A stretch of DNA of 64,000 nucleotides from contig CAXXQS010000002.1 of the NCBI GenBank assembly GCA_963674735.2, positions 800,001-864,000 on the forward strand, given 5' to 3'. The number at the start of each line of letters is the position of its first letter. Position 1 is the stretch's first letter. Made by a program: the position numbers and the translations under genes. This DNA comes from Myxococcota bacterium. Lineage in GTDB: Bacteria > Myxococcota_A > SURF-8. The notes beneath the pieces are model-generated. The model ran no database searches. It was not told the origin of the DNA and was given only the letters and a program-made list of their open reading frames with translations. Below, piece after piece: positions 27,728 through 37,194 of the stretch.

Positions 27728-30700
27728 TCAAATACGACCTCGGATAAACAGGCTGACGCGCGTGGGAATGGTCTCGCCGCCCATACTTTGACCAAACAGT
27801 AGCTGACGCGGATACTGCGAGTAGCGCGGAGAGGCGATACCCGAGGCTTCCCGGTAGATGACCGAGCCGTTGTGGACCTTTTGATCGCTGAGCGAAAAGC
27901 CGTTGTTGCCGACATCCTGCCACAGGCTGGGCAGGTGCAATAAGTCCAGCAGGGCCACTCCCACTTCCATGCGTCCATCGAACAGGGTGTAGCTGGCGTT
28001 GAGATTCAGGATGAAGTAAGGATCGATGCTTTCGATGCCGTAGGTGGTGGTAGTTCCATCGGCGGATTTGGAATAAACCGCCACTGGACCCATTCCTTCG
28101 TAGCGCACCCAGTTGCCGGTCCGATCGGGATCGTAACCGAAGGTCAGAAATCGCGCCCTTGACAAGCGCGTGAGGAAATTCTTGCGAGTGGTCTCGCTGA
28201 CGAAGTGCCCGAAAATATTGGCGGAAAAACCCTTGTAATGCGTATTGAAGCCGATGTTGGCTTTGTGGGACGGGTTCTCCTTGTGTACGGTGGTGATGTC
28301 TTCCAGGCTCACGTTTTCGGTCAGGGCGTCCAGATAGGCATCTTTCGAATACTCCCCCGAGTCATCGAAGATACGGTTCGGCGTGCTTACACCGGCCGCC
28401 TCGAAATTGATTGAATCGGGCAGCGCATCGACGAAAGCTTCCTTGCGATCCACGTAATCCGACTTGAGCTGGTTGGCATTCGTCACCCAGATATGCTGGA
28501 AACTGTAGTTGACAAAGCCCCTCAGCCAGCTGGTGATGCGAAAGCGCGCCTCCACCTCGAACCCGACATTGTTGGCATCCACATCGTTGTTGAAGTTGAA
28601 GGGATCGAGGACTTCCGGATCGATGGCACCGGCGCTGAAGGGATTGAGCGCCCAGTACAACTTATCGGTATCGCCCTCGAACAGGATCAGATCGCGCACC
28701 CAGTTGAAGAAAAAATCGGCCGAAACTTCAACCCGGCGAGCGATGCGGCCGTTATAACCGAATTCGGCGGAGACCATCTTCTCCGGCTTGAGATTGGGGT
28801 TGCTTTCGAAGGCAAGCGGCGCGCGGGTATCGAGATCGGGTAGGGTGGCGTTCGGATCGAGCGCCGTGAGGATGCTCGGCGGCGTAAGCTTCGACAGCGG
28901 GGCCGAAACCGTCATGTCGGCCAACTTGACTTTCATGTTGGATTCGAAAAAGGCCGGGTTACGAAAGGAGACACCGCCCGAGACGCGCAGCGTGTGGTCT
29001 TTATGGGGGATGAACACCAGCGCCCCGCGCGGTGAAATCGAATGAATGTTGTCCACCTCGCGCCCGGGATGGTCGGGATTTTCCTCATCCACGTCCATCA
29101 GATCGTAGCGCAGTCCGGCATTGAACAAAAACCAGTCCCAAGGATACAACTCGTTCTGCAAGAAGGCCGAGTAACTGTTGCGCTGACTGCTGGAATCCAC
29201 CAGATCGGGGGAGTCGAGTAACACGAAGCGCAGATTGCCGCCGGCGGTAATGCGGTCCATCTCGGCCAGCTCGATGCTGTAGGTCAAATCCAGATCGAAG
29301 GTGTGGCCGCTCGAACGCACGCGCGGGGGATCCTGCTGGTCGATCTGCAAGGTGATGATCTCCCGGTCGCGCTCCTCGGCCCATTGTTCCGTTCCCAAAC
29401 GCCGCGAGTCGTACCACATCGGATCGGCGGCCACGAAGCCGGGGATCGGCACGTCGAAGCTGAGATCGGCCGCCAGATAGGTATAGAAAAACTGCGCCTT
29501 CAATCCCTTCCATTGACCGTTGAGCTTGGTATAGGCTTGGGTGGTGTTCACGCTGACCGGTCCGATCAGACTGAAAATCGACCCGACCTTGTCTTTTTCG
29601 GCCCCACCGGTCAACGAAAAGGAGAAATCCTTGGCAATGGAGTATTCGGCGAACAGATTGCCTTTGACCGATTCCAAGGCCAGTTCGTCCATGTCGTCAT
29701 AGGACAACAAGCGACGGTAGCTGGCCGACACCTTGTAACCCAGGTTATCCTTGACGTCGCCGAAAACCGCCGAGCCGGTGAAACCGCCGGTCCCGCCGTC
29801 GAAGGAGTAGATCAGGCCCTTGATGTCTTCGGGCTTGCGCGTGTAAATATTGACCACCCCGGAAAAGGCGTTGGCGCCGTACAGCGTGGAACCGGGCCCG
29901 CGAATCACCTCCATGCGATCGATGTCCTCGACCGGTACCGGCAGCGCCTCCCAGAAGGTGATGCCGAAGAGATCGACATACACCGAACGGCCGTCGATCA
30001 ACACCAGCATTTTGTTGGCCCCCTCGCGATTGAAGCCGCGGGTGGTCAGATTCTTGTCGGCGGAACTGATTTCCAGAAAGTCCATCCCCGGCACCGTCCG
30101 CAGAACGTCGGCGATGGAGGAGGAACCGTAATTGCGAATATCTTCGCCCGTAATAACGGTAATGGCGGAGGGCGAGTGCGAAATATCCTGCTCGACTTTG
30201 GACGCCGAAACGACCTTGGCTTCGGTCTCGAACGTGAACAAGGCGAATTCATCGGCCAGGTTCAAACTGTCGCTTTCCGTCTCCGCCTCGGGGGTTTCGT
30301 CGAGGCCCGTCTCGGACTCGCTGGCCAGGGTTCGCGGTTCCGGCAAACGAACACTTTCTTCTGGCCCGCCGGGAGTGAGGCTGTCCGAGCCCTGTTCGGG
30401 GTCCACTTCCATGGCCAGCGGCGGCGCAGGCGGCGGCGTGAAACTCGTCACCACGCGCACCATGGCCGGACTTTCTTCGTCGCGAAAGATCATCCGTTTT
30501 TTTCCGCGCTGATCGAACGCCACGGCATACAACTCGATTCCCGGATTGGAAACGTGGCGGCCCGGAATCGTGGCCGTCCAGCGTTCGCCGCTGCGTTTCT
30601 TGATGAAGACGGTTTTCCAACTGGAGCGAAGGAGGTTGCGATAGTACACCAGGGCATAGTCGATCGATGTGCCACTGGGCCGAAGTGTGAATTCCAGGGT

Positions 30701-30826
30701 CAGGGGTTTATCCACCAGCGTCTCTTCGGGCGGCTGACAATCGCAATAGATTCGCGCGGCCTGTGCACCGAAAGTCCATAGCAGGAGCCATCCGATCAGC
30801 GCCAATGTCCCTACCCGACGCGCCAT
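27728..30826 (-). CDS. TonB-dependent receptor with extra N-terminal domain
   Basis: Plug motifs VVSASK, SPSAITVIT.EDI, LRTVPG, MLVLIDGRSVY, IDRMEVIRGPGSTLYGANAFSGVVNI; barrel GLRYD, NPNLKPE; GGAGG RBS. Confidence 0.93.
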   Translation of the reverse strand: MARRVGTLALIGWLLLWTFGAQAARIYCDCQPPEETLVDKPLTLEFTLRPSGTSIDYALVYYRNLLRSSWKTVFIKKRSGERWTATIPGRHVSNPGIELYAVAFDQRGKKRMIFRDEESPAMVRVVTSFTPPPAPPLAMEVDPEQGSDSLTPGGPEESVRLPEPRTLASESETGLDETPEAETESDSLNLADEFALFTFETEAKVVSASKVEQDISHSPSAITVITGEDIRNYGSSSIADVLRTVPGMDFLEISSADKNLTTRGFNREGANKMLVLIDGRSVYVDLFGITFWEALPVPVEDIDRMEVIRGPGSTLYGANAFSGVVNIYTRKPEDIKGLIYSFDGGTGGFTGSAVFGDVKDNLGYKVSASYRRLLSYDDMDELALESVKGNLFAEYSIAKDFSFSLTGGAEKDKVGSIFSLIGPVSVNTTQAYTKLNGQWKGLKAQFFYTYLAADLSFDVPIPGFVAADPMWYDSRRLGTEQWAEERDREIITLQIDQQDPPRVRSSGHTFDLDLTYSIELAEMDRITAGGNLRFVLLDSPDLVDSSSQRNSYSAFLQNELYPWDWFLFNAGLRYDLMDVDEENPDHPGREVDNIHSISPRGALVFIPHKDHTLRVSGGVSFRNPAFFESNMKVKLADMTVSAPLSKLTPPSILTALDPNATLPDLDTRAPLAFESNPNLKPEKMVSAEFGYNGRIARRVEVSADFFFNWVRDLILFEGDTDKLYWALNPFSAGAIDPEVLDPFNFNNDVDANNVGFEVEARFRITSWLRGFVNYSFQHIWVTNANQLKSDYVDRKEAFVDALPDSINFEAAGVSTPNRIFDDSGEYSKDAYLDALTENVSLEDITTVHKENPSHKANIGFNTHYKGFSANIFGHFVSETTRKNFLTRLSRARFLTFGYDPDRTGNWVRYEGMGPVAVYSKSADGTTTTYGIESIDPYFILNLNASYTLFDGRMEVGVALLDLLHLPSLWQDVGNNGFSLSDQKVHNGSVIYREASGIASPRYSQYPRQLLFGQSMGGETIPTRVSLFIRGRI

Positions 30827-31045
30827 GCGACCACCTCCCCAAAGCCAATCGTTTTCGACGGGATCGGCAACGATGATGAGTGATGACAAATTTCCATATC
30901 CATCAATTTCTGCACCAGTATAACATTTAGAGCACGAAAAGGCAAAGTCGCGAAAGTGTGAAAATGGGTGCCGGACACCACTTTTTGCCTTGCGTCGCCC
31001 CCGCACCTTCCTTATGCTGAAGCGATAAAAATGCGAGGTGGTGCG

Positions 31046-32219
31046 ATGTCCGAACATGGATATCTATTGGCCGACAACCCGCGCAACCGGGCTTTCGAAC
31101 GCGCGATTCAGGCTCAGATCGAGCCCGGCCAGGTGGTGTGCGATTTGGGCTGTGGAACGGGAATTCTGGGGTTTATGGCCCTGCGCGCCGGAGCCGGACG
31201 CGTGATCGGCATCGAACAGGATCGCGTGATCGACGAAGCCCGCCAGTTGGCCGCCGCAAACATGTGGAGCGAGCGCACGGTCTATTTGCAGGGCCGCTCG
31301 GATGAGCTCAGCCCCCCCGAACCCGCCGACTGGATCGTGGTGGAATGGCTCAGCAGTCTGGGAGCCGACGAATGGCCCCCCTGGATTCTGGCGGATGCGC
31401 TTCAGCGCTACCTCAAGCCGGGCGGGCGCATCATTCCGGCCGCCGTCCAACACTACCTGGTTCCGGTATGCGCCCCCGAAACATGGACGGCCGCCCTGGG
31501 ACACGCGAGCGGCACGCGCTATGGAGTCGACTGGCGACCCTTGCTCGACTCCGCCTCCAAGCGCTTGTACGCATTCGACATCCCCGCCGAGAGCGCCCTC
31601 GACACGCCGCGCTGTTGGCTGGATGTGTCGCTGAGCGACGCGGAACGGCTGCGCAGCCTCAATCCCTTCGAAGGCGGCCCGCTCGCGTTCACCGTTCAAC
31701 GCGACGGGGATTGCCATGGGCTGGCGGGTTGGTTCGCCGCCGACTTAGGGTCGGGCATCACGTTGACCAATGCGCCCGAAGCCGCCCCGACGCATTGGCG
31801 ACAGACGTTTCTGCCCCTGGCCGAAACCGCTGAACGTCAAAAAGGGCGACACCCTGACGGCCCGCGTGGCCAAACGCTGGGTGGGAAACAACAGCCATCA
31901 TAGCTGGCAGGTCGAGCAGCGGCGGAACGAGACAGTCATCGCCTGCGGCGGCTCCGGCGAGACATGGGCCGACGCCCTGACTCCCGCCGAAATGGCCCGT
32001 ATCACCGCCCGTTTCATTCCCGAAGCCGGTCCCGCCGACATCCGTCTGGCGGCTTTGCTCGCCCAGGTGGACGGTCGGCGCTCCGCCGAAGACGTGGCCG
32101 ACCGGACCGCGCAGACCCGTCCGGATCTGTTCCCCACCCCGGAAGACGCCCTGAACGAACTCATCCGGCAATGGCGCAAACGGCCGCTCAAGCCGCTCAA
32201 GAAAGGATCGTCGGAATGA
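31046..32219 (+). pseudogene. PRMT-like SAM methyltransferase with C-terminal PqqD/RRE-like domain; apparent +1 frameshift near 31824 (pseudogene or sequencing error)
   Basis: DLGCGTGIL, double-E loop EWLSSLGADE, LKPGG, HGLAGWF, THWRQT; removing one A from GAAACCG joins ...FLPLAE to PLNVKKGDTL... of ORF 31770-32219. Confidence 0.8.
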
Positions 32220-33298
32220 CCGACCGGCCTGCACCCGACTACGAGGCGCTCCTGGCCAAAGTGATCGACCGCTACGCTAGCGCCAAGATTCCCCTGGCCG
32301 CCCAACTCGAACTCACCAAACGTTGCTCGCTCAACTGTGTCCATTGCTACGTGGATCATGCCGCAGCCGGAACGGAACTGACAACGGAGGAATGGATCGC
32401 CGTCCTGGACGAGCTCGCGGCCTTCGGCGTTTTGCAGGTGGTCTTCACCGGGGGCGAACCCTTCCTGCGGTCCGACATCTGGACCCTGCTCGAAGCCGCC
32501 GCCGAGCGGCAGTTTTACATCCGTCTTCTAACCTCCGGGACACGCTTCAAACCCGGCGACATCGCACGGTTGCAGGATCTTCCGCTGGCCGAATTGCATC
32601 TGTCGCTTTACAGCCACATCCCCGAACGCCACGATGCCGTCACCACCGTTCCCGGCAGTTTCGAGAAAACGCGGCACAGCCTGATCGAGGCGCGCGCCGC
32701 CGGTCTATCGGTATGGGTGAAAGCCATCGTGATGCGCGGCAACCGCACCGACATTCCCGAGGTGGCGCGTCTGGCGCGTGAGCAGGGTTGCCACCTCACG
32801 CTGGATGCCAATCTCACACCCGCCGAGAATGACGCCCGCGATCCCCTGGCTTATCGTCTGACGGAAACGGAGATGGTGGACTTTTTCGCCGATCCGCAAA
32901 ACGCCCGGCTGTTCGTCGAGGCGGACACCCTGGCGGAAGCCTGCGCCGCTCTGGCCAATCCCGCCACGAGCGGCCAAATCTGCAACGTGGGACGCGCCAC
33001 CGCCGTCATCGACGCCTACGGCAACGTGCAACCCTGCGCCCTGTATCCGCCCCTCGATTCCATTCGCAACCGATCCTTCTCCGAAATCTGGCAAAACAAC
33101 CCCGACATCGAGCGCTTGCGCAGCCTGATCTATGAAGAACAGACACAGTGTCCGGGTTGTCCGCACGTGGCCGTCTGCTCGCCTTGTCCGGCCTTGGCGC
33201 AGATCGAGAACGGCGATGCGCGGAGCTGTTCGAGCGGCGCACGTCTGCAGGCCATCGCTTTCGAGAATCTGAAAGCGAAGCTGGAAAAGCCTGAATAA
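32216..33298 (+). CDS. Radical SAM/SPASM domain protein (PqqE-like)
   Basis: ELTKRCSLNCVHCY, FTGGEP, SPASM CNVG...GNVQPC...CPGC...CSPCP...C; ATGA overlap with the upstream stop. Confidence 0.92.
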   Translation: MTDRPAPDYEALLAKVIDRYASAKIPLAAQLELTKRCSLNCVHCYVDHAAAGTELTTEEWIAVLDELAAFGVLQVVFTGGEPFLRSDIWTLLEAAAERQFYIRLLTSGTRFKPGDIARLQDLPLAELHLSLYSHIPERHDAVTTVPGSFEKTRHSLIEARAAGLSVWVKAIVMRGNRTDIPEVARLAREQGCHLTLDANLTPAENDARDPLAYRLTETEMVDFFADPQNARLFVEADTLAEACAALANPATSGQICNVGRATAVIDAYGNVQPCALYPPLDSIRNRSFSEIWQNNPDIERLRSLIYEEQTQCPGCPHVAVCSPCPALAQIENGDARSCSSGARLQAIAFENLKAKLEKPE

Positions 33299-33311
33299 TC
33301 GGGGTGAAACG

Positions 33312-33341
33312 AAAAAACGCCCCCCGATTGGGAGGGCGTTT
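33312..33341. terminator. Bidirectional terminator
   Basis: AAAAAACGCCC.CC...GG.GGGCGTTT between convergent rSAM and atpE. Confidence 0.8.
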
Positions 33342-33361
33342 CGTATGATCGCCGTTCGCGC

Positions 33362-33694
33362 TTAGACGTTCACCTTGAAGGTCAAGATGATGGTGATGAC
33401 AAACGCGTAGATGACCAGGGACTCGATCAGGGCCAGGCCGATGATCATCGGGGTCAGGATTTTACCCGACGCGCCCGGATTGCGCGCGATCCCTTCCAGA
33501 GCCGCCGCCGCCGCACGGCCCTGAGCCAGCGCGCCGCCGAAAGCCGCAATACCGATGCCCAGACCCGCCGCCAGAGCGATATAGCCCATGACGCCGTCGG
33601 CCGCCGCCGCCGCACCGTCAGCGGCAAACGCGGTCATCGAATACAAAAACGAAACCAAACCCACTAGAATCGAACCGATCAACCCTTTTTTCAT
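33362..33694 (-). CDS. atpE: ATP synthase F0 subunit c
   Basis: GxGxxAxG helix, GIARNP loop, ALIESLVIY. Confidence 0.97.
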   Translation of the reverse strand: MKKGLIGSILVGLVSFLYSMTAFAADGAAAAADGVMGYIALAAGLGIGIAAFGGALAQGRAAAAALEGIARNPGASGKILTPMIIGLALIESLVIYAFVITIILTFKVNV

Positions 33695-33753
33695 CTGTAT
33701 CTCCTTTCTAGTAACCATGAATATATCGAAACCTTAATGCCGTACTCTTTTTT

Positions 33754-34488
33754 TTAGTGATCGTGCGACACCGCCAAGGCGATGTAGATGGTGGACAGGA
33801 GCGTGAACACAAAGGCCTGAATAAAGGCCACAAACAGCCCCAGTCCGACGAAAATCATCGGCACGATCAGATAGGTCAAATCGGTAAAGATACCCAACAC
33901 CATGTGGTCGCCGGTGATGTTACCGGCCAGACGCAAGCTCAGGCTGACCGGGCGCACCAAGTGGCCGATCAATTCGATGGGCACCATCAGCCACGCCAAC
34001 CAGATGATCGGCCCGGCGAAATGTTTCAGATAGCCGATGCCGTGTTCCTTGAAACCGGCATAGTTGTAATAAAGGAAAATGGTTCCGGCACAGGCCAGAT
34101 TGGTGGCCACCGTCGAGGTCGGCGGCGGAAAGCCGGGAATGGAACCCAGCAGATTCGAAAAAAGGATGAAGATGAAGGTGACGATGAGAATCGGCACATG
34201 CTTTTCGGCGCCGTGCCCGATGACGTCGTGCACCAGCGTTTCCAGCTTTTCGATCATGAAATCGAACAGCGCGGTCAGGCCGAAACGGGAAGGCGGAACG
34301 ACATTGGCTTTGGGATCGCGATAACGCGCGCCCACGGTAAAGGCGACAAAGCTCAAAAACAGGAAAACAAGCGTCGCCGACACCATGTGCTGAGCGGTTT
34401 GCCCTTCCTCAAGCACACCCATGTGCATCAGCCACTCGTTCAGCGCTTCATAACCGGGGATCAGACCATACCAGGAAAAATGCTCCAT
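33754..34488 (-). CDS. atpB: ATP synthase F0 subunit a
   Basis: NLLGSIPG..PPT, PIELIGHLVRPVSLSLRLAGN, IQAFVFTLLSTIYI. Confidence 0.97.
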   Translation of the reverse strand: MEHFSWYGLIPGYEALNEWLMHMGVLEEGQTAQHMVSATLVFLFLSFVAFTVGARYRDPKANVVPPSRFGLTALFDFMIEKLETLVHDVIGHGAEKHVPILIVTFIFILFSNLLGSIPGFPPPTSTVATNLACAGTIFLYYNYAGFKEHGIGYLKHFAGPIIWLAWLMVPIELIGHLVRPVSLSLRLAGNITGDHMVLGIFTDLTYLIVPMIFVGLGLFVAFIQAFVFTLLSTIYIALAVSHDH

Positions 34489-34564
34489 CTTCGCCACCCT
34501 GCATGCACGCGGCCCAACTGCGGAGAAAACTTTCCTCTTCAGCAAGACTGCCGTTCACGACGCA

Positions 34565-34807
34565 CTACTGATCGTTGTCTATGTTCGAATCTGCTTTTTC
34601 GAGCCACGAGAGAATCTGCTTGATTCTCCAGAAGATGCCCAGCAGCGACCCCAAAACGCCTAGCAAGATAAAGACCGGGGGAGTTCCGAGCCAACTATCG
34701 ACGAGATAGCCGAGAATTGCCCCGCCTCCCGCCATCCCGGCGACTTCTGCACCCAGCGAAAGAAAAACGGCTGATTTTCGTAAGTTACGGTTTTTTCTGT
34801 CTTTCAT
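34565..34807 (-). CDS. AtpZ/AtpI family protein
   Basis: GAILGYLVDSWLGTPP.FILLG motif, directly upstream of atpB. Confidence 0.85.
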   Translation of the reverse strand: MKDRKNRNLRKSAVFLSLGAEVAGMAGGGAILGYLVDSWLGTPPVFILLGVLGSLLGIFWRIKQILSWLEKADSNIDNDQ

Positions 34808-34988
34808 CCCACTGTCTGCTGTGTCGTCTAGACTCTTGCAGGCCTTCCCCTCGTAGCACATTCACACAACAGAGTCAAGAAATAACATGGCTGATGGGCA
34901 AATGCCGAAGCGCGGAACGAATCTCGGCCAACAGGACGTGGCACGGATGGCAAAGCTATGTTAAACTGCGTTCTTTCGGAGGAATGGG

Positions 34989-36809
34989 ATGAGATTTTCA
35001 CGAATACTCGCGGGGCTCGGCGCAGCCCTCATCGGCTTGTGGGCCGTCTCGGCCACCTGGACTCAAGTCGGCTGTGAAGATCATTGGTGGCATATTCTGA
35101 CCGGACAGGTGATCGCCGCAAGCGGGCACATCCCCACAATCGACCTGTTCTCGTTCACCTTCCCCGGACATCCCTGGACCAACTGGGAGTGGCTGGGCAG
35201 TCTGTGGCTTTATGGCGTCCACCGGCTCGGCGGAGCCGACGGCCTGATCGTCCTGCGTATGGGCGGATTGCTCGTGCTGGGCTTGATTCTGGCTGCCCAC
35301 GGCCGTCTGCTGGCGCGTGCCGAAAATGCGCCTTCGCCGGTGGGGCGGACCCTCCTCCTGTTTCTGGTGTTGACGATCGTCTATCCGCGCGTGGCCGACC
35401 GTCCCCACACCCTGGCGTTTCCGCTGGCGGCGCTGGCTGCATACGGGGCCGACCTGGCGCGCCTGCGCGGAAAACGCTGGCCGCTCGCCGCCCTGTTCCC
35501 CCTGACGATCCTGTGGCGCAATCTGCATCCATCGTGGATCCTGTCTCCGCTCATCCTGGGCTGCAGCGGCCTGTCCGCCCTGCAAAAAGCCCGTCACCAT
35601 CTCTCCCCTTCCGAAACGGCCCGGCTTTTTCGGCACTGGCTGCTGGCCGGACTGGCGCTGCTCTCCGCGTTCCTGCTATCCCCTTACCTGGGCGACAGCG
35701 GCACGATGATCGGCACCTTGTTTACCCACAAAGTCTCCGCCGAATGGGTCTCGCTGGCCGGAGCCTTTTCCCCGCGCTACACGCCCGGATTGGTCGCTTT
35801 TTTGCTGCTCGTCGCCTTGACCGGCGGCGGCCTGCTGGCCCAATGGCGGCGCAATCGCTCCGGTTTGTTGATCGGCGACGGCCTGCTGGTCCTCTCGACG
35901 ATCGCCCTGGCGGTGCTCCATGCCCGCTTCACGGCACAAGCGGCGATTCTGGCCTATCCCGTATTGTGTCGCCTGTATGCCCCTGCGAAACGCCGCCCCG
36001 ACGAGGAAACCGGAATGTCGGGACGCCGTGCGGCACTGGGCGCGGGAGCCATGTTGCTGGCCGCCATCCTGGCCTTTGCGGCCTCGGAGCAGGTCAAACA
36101 GGTGATGGGAACCCGCGCCGGGTGGGGAGTCAATCGGCACGATAACCCGGTGGCGGCGGTGGACTACATCGAGCGCCACGATCTGCGTTTGAACCCGATC
36201 ACCAGCAGCACCGATCTGGCCGCCTACCTGTTGTTCCGCCGCTGGCCCAAACAGCGCAGTTTCATCGATGGCCGCGTGCCGACCCTGTTTCCCGTGGAGT
36301 TTATCCGGCGCTACAACGAAATGAGCGGCCCCGCCGAGTTCGACGCCCTGACCGCTCAATATGAAGTGGGCCTGGTTCTGATCGGCCACGGCCTGTTTGC
36401 TGCCGGGAATCGAAGCCTGCTCAACTACCTGACCCGTTCGCCGAAGTGGAGCCTGGTGTTTTTCGACAGCGAATCGGCCATTTTCACGGATTGTACGCAA
36501 GCCCCCCGGTCTTTTTGCGAGCGGGAAACCTTCCGCCTGCTCGATCCCTCCGATCATACGCTGCATTTCCTCACCGCACCGGGCGACCCCGACCGACGCG
36601 AACGACTCTGGGGCGAACTGGAACGAGCCGTCGCCAACCACCCGGCCGACGCGCTGGCTGCTCGCTATCTGTACCAAGCTGTGGCGCAATTGCCCGCCGA
36701 GCAACAAGCGGCCGCATTGCAACGGGCCGAACAACTGGCCGCCCGCTACCCGCAGGCCGCGTCGCTTCGGCGCGCACTGGAAGCGCTACGTGCCGATAGC
36801 GTACGATAG
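34989..36809 (+). CDS. Multi-pass membrane protein, probable GT-C fold glycosyltransferase
   Basis: DHWWHILTG...IP..DLFSFT...W...EWL luminal loop, RP, LWRNLH, EW, FIDGR motifs, many TM segments. Confidence 0.7.
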   Translation: MRFSRILAGLGAALIGLWAVSATWTQVGCEDHWWHILTGQVIAASGHIPTIDLFSFTFPGHPWTNWEWLGSLWLYGVHRLGGADGLIVLRMGGLLVLGLILAAHGRLLARAENAPSPVGRTLLLFLVLTIVYPRVADRPHTLAFPLAALAAYGADLARLRGKRWPLAALFPLTILWRNLHPSWILSPLILGCSGLSALQKARHHLSPSETARLFRHWLLAGLALLSAFLLSPYLGDSGTMIGTLFTHKVSAEWVSLAGAFSPRYTPGLVAFLLLVALTGGGLLAQWRRNRSGLLIGDGLLVLSTIALAVLHARFTAQAAILAYPVLCRLYAPAKRRPDEETGMSGRRAALGAGAMLLAAILAFAASEQVKQVMGTRAGWGVNRHDNPVAAVDYIERHDLRLNPITSSTDLAAYLLFRRWPKQRSFIDGRVPTLFPVEFIRRYNEMSGPAEFDALTAQYEVGLVLIGHGLFAAGNRSLLNYLTRSPKWSLVFFDSESAIFTDCTQAPRSFCERETFRLLDPSDHTLHFLTAPGDPDRRERLWGELERAVANHPADALAARYLYQAVAQLPAEQQAAALQRAEQLAARYPQAASLRRALEALRADSVR

Positions 36810-37194
36810 CGGAAATCGACCTACGTTGGGAGATTCAATTCTCGGGCAGACCGTGACAAAGTCGTAAACTCCTGCCTCTTGAATCGAGATGATGCTTGAT
36901 GAATGGGATGCTCTAATCTCCATTGATGGTCTGAAGCAGACCCAAAGCCACTTGCCGGAATACCCCGGTCACCGCCGCGCCGATTCCCTGGCCGTACCCG
37001 GCAGGTGTCTTTTCCCATCGAAACATTGGGTGTTTTCGATGCACATATATTTAAAATGGTTTTTTTCGGGACAGCAACAATACACTATTTATAATTCACA
37101 CCCAGATGAATTACCAAAAGAGGTATTTTGCTTGACACATATATTGTCTATCAAGTAAGTCTATGATGTAACAATAAAACAATAGGAGCTTACA

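Noticed and set aside
33362-34807. Incomplete ATP synthase operon
   Set aside because: Separation of atpB/atpE from the remaining atp genes is common in deltaproteobacteria; not novel.
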